Source: Magallana gigas (taxonomy: Eukaryota). Taken from it: a stretch of 64,000 nucleotides of DNA. A program made the translations under genes and the position numbers. The stretch is from positions 50,840,001 to 50,904,000 of the forward strand of contig NC_088854.1 of the NCBI RefSeq assembly GCF_963853765.1, in the 5' to 3' direction. How positions within the stretch are numbered: position 1 is the stretch's first letter; every line of letters starts with the position of its first letter. Under the pieces are notes generated by a model. That model made no database searches and was not told the origin of the DNA. It worked only from the letters and a program-made list of their open reading frames with translations. This document shows positions 53,505 through 64,000 of this stretch, piece by piece.

Positions 53505-54733
53505 CTATCCCACACTCGTAATAATGAATGATTCTATTAGTCCCTTAAATAGCAGGCTTCCTCGTAGGGCTTCTGGTACAGGTTCACAAGATCTCTATTT
53601 TTTTTTTCTTGAGTCTATTTTTTAATTTTGTTTGTGTGATATGTCTTAAAATCTGCTCTGACAAGTCTCTATAGTAAGGATTAGTTTATCATATTTGATC
53701 TTTTATTATGTAATTTTAACATTGTTTTATTCAAAGATTATTTAAAACAATTTAATTAAAAAAAACACCTGAATCCATGCACATTCCGTTAATCTGTTTT
53801 AACAATCTATTTTCTTTCCAAGAATTATTTCCAGATATTGCCGAGATCCTCTCCCAGACAACAGACCCCAAGGTGTTCTAGAATTAATTAAATCAAATGA
53901 ATCTGTGTAGTTGATCAAGATAGGGTGGAACAGACACTATATTATTTGTTTGTTAACAAACCTAGGTAATTTCACTTTTTCATGAAGCCCGAAGTCAAAA
54001 TAAATGCAAAAGTATAATACATATATAAAATCTAATTTTTCTTTAATAAGTATTAACCGTATTTATTCGCATTTATTTGAATAAAGTGAATAAATGTACA
54101 CCATGCACCATTTAATGGTTTGATTTAATAAATAAATTAAATTGGAATAATATCCGACTAATTCTAAGTGAAACCAATTGAGAGAGTACAAATCAAATTT
54201 CCGCTCTTTAGCCTTCATTCTTGGAAAAAAGAAGAATTAGATATATCAAAACTAAGAGCGAATATTAAATTCAAAGAGAATTATCAAGGCTGTAAAAGAT
54301 AAGTACTAAAGAAAGTACTTTAAAAATATTAGTGACATACTCTATGGATAATCAAATTAACCTGATGATTCAAAAATGTCTAAGTTGTGCCGGTTACATG
54401 TATATCAAACCCTCGTAAAACAGCCACACTAACTTTGACGAATTATATGTACATATAAGTGTGTAAAGTGGAAATTTCAGCCTATAATTGATGATTCCGT
54501 ACACGGAAGTATTAAAACAATTGATACATTAACCAAATATCACATTCCGCATATTTTAGCATCTCATGATACAATGTACTTCCTTATAATTTTTGATTAT
54601 AATCAAGTATAATTTCCCTTTTTAATAAAATATGAATATAGAAATCTACGATATAAAGGATTAGCATTCCAATAAACAGATTAGTAAACTGAGCGCCATT
54701 GCGTCCGCTGTGTCATGATTTGTAAAGATCGGT

Positions 54734-55086
54734 ATGGATCCTTTTCTGAGTGTTCTGATTTTACTGTGTGCGGAATTCTGCTTTTGTTTGAACTGTAAAG
54801 CAATGTCTGGAGATCCTGTGGATTGGTAAGGCTACTTCTATTACCCAATTTAAGCCATAAATACAAGATTTCACATAAAATGTATCGCATGTAGCCATCA
54901 TTTTATTTTAAGGTTTATGATGTACAAAGTTCCTAAAGCCACACGTGAAATGTCAAAAAAGACAACAGGAAAAGAATTCTACTACCTAGATGCCAACAAT
55001 CCGACGTGGTCCTTTAAAGATGTTGACATTCAGAAACCTGACAAGAACCCTTTATACTTCACATTGGAGCAGATCTACCAGAAAGC

Positions 55087-55149
<63 letters not shown>

Positions 55150-58083
55150 TTTTCTCTACAGCTGCAAACGACACGTGAATGCTATTTAGTTGGTTTATTC
55201 AAAATTGCAGATACCAGAGGAGTATGGTATGTACAATGATGAACCACCCAAATCCACCGTCTTAGATAACACAGAATCTGGAGCCCACATGAAAGGTCTA
55301 CAAACACTGTGTTTTCTAACAATCTTTGTGCTTTATTTTTTATGTATTTATCTATTTAATTATCTATTGGAGTTATCATATACATGTATCTTTCTAAATT
55401 CCTTTTTAATGAACATTTCAGGTGCCTTTGTATCTTTCTAGAATCCATTATAATGAATATTTCAGGTGCTTTTGCTTTTGATAGAGATTCTGGATTTTGG
55501 CTAATCCTGAGTGTTCCTCACTTCCCAGCACCCCAGAAACAGAAGTATAGTTATGATATACATCAGATAAGTAAGGCCCAGAGCATCCTGTGCATCAGTC
55601 TTGACCGGAAATATAGGAAAGAAATGGGTATCTTTTAAATTTTCATTTAGGGCAGGGGGGTTGGGGGTTGAATTTCGTTTTCATTGTTTATAAAATAAAG
55701 CAGTTGAACTCAAAATTTCACAATCAATATGATAATTTTAAAAAAGAGAATAAGTTGTTACTTAGAACCATTTTAACAAGACCTTGGACTTTCAGTAGGA
55801 CGTTTCTATCAATAATATTTCTTGCGTCAAATTAAGTTAAAAATGACGCTGAGTCTTAGCTCAAAAGCCAGACAAATCTTGTTGATTTCAAAGAGCAATG
55901 GCTGAGTGTCCAACAATGAAATAGACAGTCCTCCGTCACAATGCTGTTTGTCACCAACTACCGAAAGTCCAAGCTCTTGTTAAAATGGTTCTAGTATAGA
56001 GATCTACCATGGTAAGTATGTAGATTTCCTTGAATTGTGCCACAAATGCTTTTGAACTTGACCTTCACTGCCTTTAATTTTTACCAATTGTGTTTCTTGT
56101 TTGACTTCTATTCAGCGTTAAACTTTCTTTGATGTCTCAAATCATAACAACATTCTTTAAGATTCATAACATTTTTTTTTAAATGTACAGCAATGTTTAG
56201 ATATGAAATAAACAATTTAAAAATGTTCATGTTTCTATATTCCAGAGAAGATATTTAATTTAACTAAGCCCATATTTTATGACGGCAGTAAACCGCTGCT
56301 GCAGAAGTTTACCACAAAAATGAATCATCACAGAAATGGTCCTAATGGACCTATAGTGACGGAATTTATTACGAGCAAGGGACAGTCATTCCGAGGATAT
56401 GCGAAATCAGCATCATTTGGCAAAGGTAAGATTGTTTAAAGGCCTCTATTTTAACCATTCAAAACAGACTTGCATAAAAGTCCCTTCTATTAGGATGTTA
56501 TTATAAAACACCTTGAGATGATAATGTGAATGAAAGAACATGCATCATATTCAAAATAGGTATATTATCACCCTTACTGATTTTCAAATTGTACAATATT
56601 TGCCCATAAAATGCATTTAGTCCCGGGGGATTCGAAATCCTGACTTGTTGATTAGCAGCTGACGCCTTATCATATTGCATTATATTTTTGAAAACGATCC
56701 ATATTATTCCTTTGTTCTTATATTTGTACAGCTTGGTATAGAAATACGTAGTGTATTTTTATACACAGTCATTTTGATTGGTAAATATGCTTGTATGTGA
56801 TATTTTTCCACATCACTCTTTCACCAAAAGATATTGCCCAAGTCAGAAATTCAAAACTCAGTTAGGGTTTTAAAAATTCTAGCTTAGAAGGTATTTTAAT
56901 TAAACTGCATTAATTTTACATGAAAAGAGACAATTCTTAAATAAATGTTTTGAAATGCATTACTGAACACTTTTAAATACTTCATTTTATACAGATCTTT
57001 ACCACTCCTTGGTGGCTAAAAATTTAAAAGACAATCTATTTGTGGAAACTTGGCATCCAAATTTGACAACAAACTGTTCAATGTATAAGGTATACATATA
57101 TCATCTTTTCTAAAAACCGCATGCTTCCCATACATCTAAAAGAAAGCAGATATTTGAATGCAAAAAATAATAATAAGCGAATATTGAATTATAGGTATAT
57201 GATGTCAAGGAGGTTTTATTTGAAGACAAATACTGGTTCAAATCCACGATAGACCATGCCAAGTGGGCAGTGACAGAGAAAAAAGATTGGGCTTGTATTG
57301 GTGATATTAACAGAAGTGTAGGTATTCCCTAGCGTTTGCACAGCCCACATGGCATAAAGGATGGGTTGTCAACAATTTACCCATTAAATCTGCCTTAATA
57401 AAAATCTTAAATATGATATGTTTGACCATAAACTATTTCTTACTCAATTTACTTACTAAATTTATATATTTTAGATTGAAATCTAACTTTACACAGACCT
57501 ATTCATCTGAAGGAGATTAATATAGTATAAAAATGGCAACAACCATCCAGCTCCATAAGTAATCATTCCCCAATACGTAATCAAATAATCACCAAGACAG
57601 GTGATGGTCCCTCTCTTTTACCCAGTCATCAGTGCAGCAAGTATAGATCCCTTTATACATGTACATGCAATAGCGAACTATTTCACAATTAAACCATCAG
57701 ATGATCTCAACATCTGAGGGGCCTCAACATTTTCCCCGTTGATATACTCAACAACAGCACTGCCCAATTCAAAGTTTTTTTTCTACATTTACTAATCAAA
57801 TTGGCAGTAATTTAAGTAGTTCTGTATCTTACATATGCTAAAATCGCAAGTCAGTAATACCTCTTTAATAAACAACCAACACGAATATATGCCAGTCTTT
57901 TTTTTGGGGGGGGGGGGGGGGGGGCGTCTATGTTACAACACAGTTACTGTAAAGGCTCAAACATGAATTTTTTTTTAGATGACCCAGTTTAAACGAGGTG
58001 GAGGTACTATGTGCATTCATCACGCTGTTGTTGCCAAGCAGTTTAGAAAAATAGTACACAAAAAAGAGGAATGCCCAAGATGA
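54734..58083 (+). CDS. DNASE2: Deoxyribonuclease II paralog C, 337 aa, 8 exons
   Basis: Exons 54734-54825, 54913-55084 (GC donor), 55211-55295 (AHMKG), 55466-55627, 56246-56425, 56995-57089, 57195-57317 (DHAKW, CIGDINR) and 57979-58083. 1014 nt, open frame. Confidence 0.92.
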
Positions 58084-59006
58084 TGACCTGTGCTTTAGCA
58101 TTGTGTATCAAAGAACTGCAATTGAAAGTTTTGTACAAAATACTACTTTTTATATTGAAGACCTCCTATGTTGTTCAAACATGTGTCTAATCATTTGTAA
58201 ATTATACTATATATATGTAATAAAATCAAAGTACTGAAGTACTGAAAGCCGGGCTCTTTTGGTGTGTCTTTATGCATATTGTGTAGTAAAGACTGAAATA
58301 TATATATATATATTCAATCCCCATTTCTTCAACGCGCAGCAAAGTAGTTCATGGAAATTCATGCACATTGTATGTGTCCAAAATGCATAGTCTTGTTTTT
58401 AAAACACATTATTAATAAGAAAACTTAAAAAGATAGGCAATTCTCTCGAAATTAAAAACAAAACAAAATGCCAACACTTTTGACAAAACGTGGCTCTTTG
58501 TGTAACTATTTGGTATAGCGGAAGCTTTCACTTTGACGCTATTTGGTTTTTTGTTTACTTTTGATGTTGTACTATTTACAGTAACATTGGCGATTTGCCT
58601 GCCTACAGCCAGGACTCTGCTTTCAGCAGAACCCGGCTAAAAATAGCATTTTCAAAACAAGTTTTTTGTGAAATAAATTACATAACTTAATGTACTTTGG
58701 TTACTGAATATTTTTATTGGAATCATACATCAATGTAATTAATCTTGTTCAACCTTACATATTAAAAATAAACACAGATCTGTGTGTTTATAAATCTGAA
58801 GTCTAACTGTGATTTGTATGCTTGTAATTAAAATTAAAACATATCAACAGTTACATAAAGAATTGCACCATTATTTTGATTCAACCAACAGTCATAAAGC
58901 AAGTGGGGAATTCGAATGGTCCACAATATGCTTGGAGTATCTGATCAACAGATGGGATGAAATGAAAATATCACAGAGTCCTTTATCCTCCTACAGCCCA
59001 GCTGTG

Positions 59007-62000
59007 CTAGCTGAGCCAGTCTAAATCGTCTTCATCATCATCATCTGGAAACAGAGGGGGAGGGGCCTGCTTGGTGTCCTACAACAACAGAAAAATTACC
59101 ACTTGTCATTCAGTTAATTGTGAGGATTTTGGTTTTTCTGTATCTTATGACATTGTTCTCTATAAAGGTCAAACGACACGTTCCTCGAGAATCTTTCTTG
59201 TATCTCCTCGTAATGAAAAGTTCCAATAAAAAATTTTAATTTTATAATTACTTTAAAAATGATCAAAATTTACTTGGATTTGGTTATATGTCTAGATGGT
59301 CGAGTGGTTAGAACCGTAGCCGCTCACTGCCAGAAGCGTATAGGTTCTAGAGATCGTGAGTTCAAAGCCCCGCCCTGGCGGAGATATAGTTATAATATTG
59401 TGAGTTTCGCTCTGCTGTAGGTGTATTTATTTTTATATCAGCAATTCAAGTGTATTTTCAAGAAGATTATATGGGAAATTGCATACTCTAGTATTTTGCA
59501 GAAATGCCTGGTAAGGTACCCTAATTTTTTGCAGGAAAGCTTGACAAAGTAGTAGTAAACCATTAACAAATTCCTGGAAAAAGTTATCTAAAATTGAGGA
59601 ACGTGTCGTCTGACCTTAAAGAGGGATGAGACACCTCCTTACCAAAAAAACAATAAGATTCATACTACCATGTAACTCAATACTTTTTATCTTCACAATC
59701 TCTCATGTATGCAAAATTTATAAATGGGTGTACTGGTACAATAATGTGTACTGAATCAACTAGGAGACACCAGTTTTCCACGTAAATTGAGCATGCACTG
59801 TTAAAGTGTGCATTTGACATTTAACATTCTGTTCATTGTTAAAACAATACTAATCATTAAATTAGAATGTCTCCTTTGACGTAATTCAGTTTAATGCTTA
59901 CATCCTCCATTAAGTCTTTGACTTCTGGTTTCTTCTTTTTATCCTCCTTCTGGTCTTTTGGCTGCGTCGTTTGGAAAGTATCACCAAACGTATCCGCTAC
60001 ATTGTCATCCTCCCCAAACAAAGGACTACAACAAAGAGAAAGAGAGCACTTCTAAATGATTCATACCATCAATACTCCTTCAACACAAATTTTACTGCAT
60101 TTTGTTGTTGAGTTGATCAACAAAATCAAAGCTCATCTTGTACACGTATTATAGATACTTGATAACAACTGTTATTAGTTAAACCATTGTCCATGAATTT
60201 AAATACCCTCAAAACCAAATTAGTGTTCACCAAATCCTTGAAAATTGATTAAAACAAACATAGATTATACTGCAGCAACCATATATGCTGTAAATTTAAC
60301 ACTTAGGAGTAAACGAATAACAATCTAACAATTAATATTAAAATGTTTTAATGAATAACTGTAGATATCCGTATTAATACAGTAAAATATAATAAGAGAT
60401 CAATTACTCATTATTTTGTTCTGTCTTTTCACTCTCTGTAGAATCCTCCTCATCTGTCATTGGTGGGGGTTCTCTTGAAACAATTGCAGGAACTTCAAAG
60501 TCGTCAAACTTGTTTTTCGTTCCATCCTCCTTGGGGGTCTCTTTCTTTCCCCCATCTGGGGCCTCTTCCTTCCCCCCATCCGAGGCCACTTCGTCTCCCC
60601 TGTCTTTATCTAGCTCAATAACTTTGGGTCCCTCCTCTCTTGATTCTTCCTGGGGAGGAGGACTGGCCTGTGGGGGGATGTCATCTACAGTAGGTGGCCT
60701 CTCCTGGTTTTCAGAAGATTCCTTTTCAGAATTAATTTCCCCCTTTTCATTAGCTGGTTTATCAATGTTATTTTCTAAAGAGGAATCATTTACTTCATTT
60801 TCCTCTTCATTTATAGGTACCTCTTCTAGTCGTAGAAAGAAATTTTAAAAAATTATTCCTATATGCACATTTAATTTTTGTTGCATTTAAATTACATGTT
60901 GATTTAATCATTATCATGTATTAAAAGATTGTGCTTTAATCATTTTATTGTTGAATTTTGCATCATACACTTACCTTGCGTGTCTAATTTCTCTTGGTGC
61001 TCTTCCTTACTGACTTGCTCCTTGGCATCACTTTTTTCCTCTTGTTCCTCCTCCTCCTCTTCATCATCTTCCTCTTCATCTCCTTCTTCTTCCTCATCTT
61101 CCTCCTCTTCATCTTCCTCTTCATCATCTTCCTCGTCATCATCTCCAGTTTCTTTTGGTGAAGAACTTTGCTGGACCAACTTAAGAGTTGTTTCCTAGAG
61201 TAGTAATGAAAAATTTATATTTATGTATATGTATTGATATGAAGGACCAGTAGAGCCATTTAACAAGAGCTTAGACTTTGGACAGAGCATGTCAAACTTT
61301 GATTGGATAAAGGCAGGGTCAACTTATGGTTACAGTAACAGTCTGGTCATTGGCTAATTAATATAAATAATTTTAATGCAATAACATTTGTCCGGTTTCA
61401 TCTACGAATGTATATTTCAGTTGAAACAGTGTCAATTTTACACAACAAAGCAGACCTTGAGGAAAAACTTTGAAATTCTATAAATGAATACATGAGCTTC
61501 TCTTAGCACATTTAAAGAAAGAAGGTTAATATTTGGCAGCTTGTTTTGATAAGCAAACTAGATAGTAACATCCGATCAAAAGTCCAAGCAGTTGTTATAA
61601 CTGCTCTAATTGTGTTTTTGTCCTAGGCTGGCTTTCATTTACCTACATATCAGGGCCCTCTTACATGATAGTAAGCTTTTAACTGTATTTCTATAAAACA
61701 TGTTTACGAATTAAAATTAAAGAAAGAATAGGAAAAATGGAGATCCCAACACACAAACATTTACAAAGGGGTAATTTAGAAACAATGAAAAAAAAATATT
61801 TGTTTCACAAAACTGCATGTCATTGACAAAGATTATCTCTATATAAGCATTGCTATCTCTCTCAGATATAAACCTTGAATCAATAGCTGCAAATAAAAAA
61901 TACAATGAATTAGGACAGAGAACATATCTATGTAATATCTTTTTGACCTAACAAGATGTTGAGACAGAATTGTGCTATTGTAGACTACCTTAATAACCCC

Positions 62001-63943
62001 TAAAATTGCTGCTAGGACATCGGCTCCTTGATAAGCAGTGTCAGCCTCAAAGTTAGAACGCAGCTGCTGGTACACAGAATTCATGATCTTCTTGACCTGG
62101 AAAAAATATGAATAAATGTATTATATATAAGACTGTAGATTTGAAGGATTACAAGAGGCTGAAATAGAAAGGAGAATGTGGCAGTGGGTAATTAGTGAAT
62201 ACAAGTCCTCTAATGTAATGTACATGTATTGTATGATGATCCTTACAGTATATACTGAGGACGGAATATTAGGGAATAAACAAGGAAAAATATGAGGTAA
62301 GATAAAATGACAAACCTGCTTAAAAATTATATCATACATATATTTTTCCTTTTCAAAATCCTAATATTGTAGATACAATGTTAACACATGTATCCTATGG
62401 AGTATCAGCATGCTTCATTCCCTTAATACTTTCTTCCGGCAATTTTCGCAAGTAAGTGTGTGGTATTAAAACATTTACTCCAATCTTTGTTTATACATGG
62501 ATTTAATGCATCTTAAAATTACCACTAGAATGCTTTATTACCTCCGTGACTACATATCTGTACTTAGTACTTAGATGGCTTTACAAGTACTTGTTACCTC
62601 TTAAACCAGTGTTTGCACTTTAGAGTGTATTACATGTACTTCCAAGGCTATATCAGTACATATTACCTCTAAGGCTATATACAAATACTTATCACCTTCA
62701 TGGATTCATCAGTACTCACATTGCATTACCTTGAAGACTATATCTAGGACTTTATCAGTATTTATTTCTGTCACGGTTATATCAGTACTTATTATCTCTA
62801 AAGCTACACAAATACTTATTACCTCCATGGATTCATCAGTACTCACATTGTAATACCTTGAAGACTATATCTAGGACTTTATTAGTATTTATTACCTCTA
62901 ATGCTATATCAGTACTAGGAGCAGCACTGCCCTGGGTGGAGACCCCTTTGTTGGCTAGCTCTTTCTGGAGTGATAGGATCTTCTCCTGGACAGCCTCTTT
63001 CTCCGACTCTAACTCCTCTTTCTCATTCTCTAGCTCTCCAATGCGCTCTTCATATTTCTCCTTCATACCAGCAGCTTGTGATCGTAGTTTCTCATACTGT
63101 AATAGATGGGAGTAACATGACAATAACAAAGGTGTTATTTTTGTTGATTAAAGATTAAATATGTTCAAATAATGTCTAATCTTGCATGTTTGAAGTGAAA
63201 AGCTTTGTTAATCACCTTGTCTTTCCATACAGACATTTCTTCTAACTGCTCTTCTAGTTCTTTCTGTTTTTCATCTCCACTTACATTTTCATTTTTCATT
63301 GTCTGAATCTACAAAAGTCACCTCCATTTGAGTTTTGATATTGATGTACTTCCCCATGAAAAAAAAAATTATTCAATTTGACGAATCATTTTAAAAGATC
63401 TTAGGTTGTCAATATCAACTTGATTCAAACAAATATGCAGCAAATCATGGATTGCTAGAATACCTGATTAATTTTAAATCTTGCTTTTATTTTTCAGACA
63501 GATATTAACTAAATGAAACTATGATCAAAATTCAGACTTTATATTCTTGCGATTTGATGCAAAAGGGTTGAATTGCAGAATGAAGTACATGAATAATATG
63601 TGGAATCTTCAGTTGCATACCTTATTTTGTAATACTGATAATTTTTCCTCTAATTCCTCTTTCTCTTCTCTCATCGCCAGCAGAGCTCTATTGTGCTTTT
63701 CATTGGCAGCATTGAGAAGGCGGTCACATTTCTCCTTCCATTCTTTGTTTAATTCTTCCTCTACTTGTGATATCTAATATACAAGATAAAGATACTTAAA
63801 CAATTCCTGTGGACTACAAATCACAGACCATACTTTCTCTGTAACAATCAGATTTCTTGTTGACTTCTTACCTGCTCTGCAGCCACCACACCTGTAGAAG
63901 ATTTCTGTTTTCTCAATTTTTCACGTAGTGATTGAATCTCTTG
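59007..63943 (-). CDS. FKBP15: FK506-binding protein 15 (WAFL), C-terminal exons; 5' part beyond the window
   Basis: Exons 63943-63872, 63773-63621, 63308-63216, 63096-62896, 62096-61989, 61194-60975, 60825-60408, 60025-59902 and 59078-59007, all phase-consistent. Coiled coil EWKEKCDRLL, VKKIMNSVYQQLRSNFE..ILGVIK, acidic tract, and C-terminal PPPLFPDDDDEDDLDWLS match my recollection of FKBP15. Confidence 0.85.
59292..59400 (+). mobile_element. tRNA-derived SINE head in an FKBP15 intron
   Basis: A-box TGGTCGAGTGG 59297-59307 and B-box-like GAGTTCAAAGCC 59358-59369. 3' extent not defined. Confidence 0.55.
62530..62917 (-). repeat. Degenerate ~27-bp repeats derived from an FKBP15 exon end and donor
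   Basis: Variants of TTATTACCTCTAATGCTATATCAGTACT (source 62889-62917) at about 62661, 62689, 62725, 62789, 62817 and 62851, with a 128-bp higher-order duplication. Confidence 0.75.
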
Positions 63944-64000
63944 CTGAAGTAAAAAATATATCACAAATTCATTACTTATTAAATTCAGACAAAGCACTAA

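Noticed and set aside
60510-61198. Ser-rich plus-strand ORFs
   Set aside because: Antisense to the acidic FKBP15 exons.

Overview
AT-rich eukaryotic scaffold with four N-gaps. It is very probably Pacific oyster or a close Crassostrea/Magallana relative, inferred from a 166-bp HindIII Cg170-type satellite carried in a Helentron-like element and a mollusc-type actin. Gene order: first coding exon of NCS1/frequenin (-); a 27-bp minisatellite; NKRF (-); a satellite-bearing non-autonomous Helentron; a disabled receptor-type tyrosine phosphatase pseudogene (+) whose TM-to-PTP part is intronless; an intact actin (-); a tandem DNase II cluster (+); and the 3' half of FKBP15 (-). The DNase II cluster has two complete 8-exon genes, one gene with two candidate first exons and two tandem, mutually incompatible versions of exon 6, and a duplicated block carrying a dead copy of the FKBP15 3' end. 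Most notable signals: candidate combinatorial splicing and loss of a conserved His in the DNase II genes, a >10-fold excess of TACATGTA that looks like Tc1/mariner excision footprints, and two independent minisatellites grown from exon-end/splice-donor sequence. All exon coordinates were derived by hand from GT/GC-AG boundaries and reading frame.
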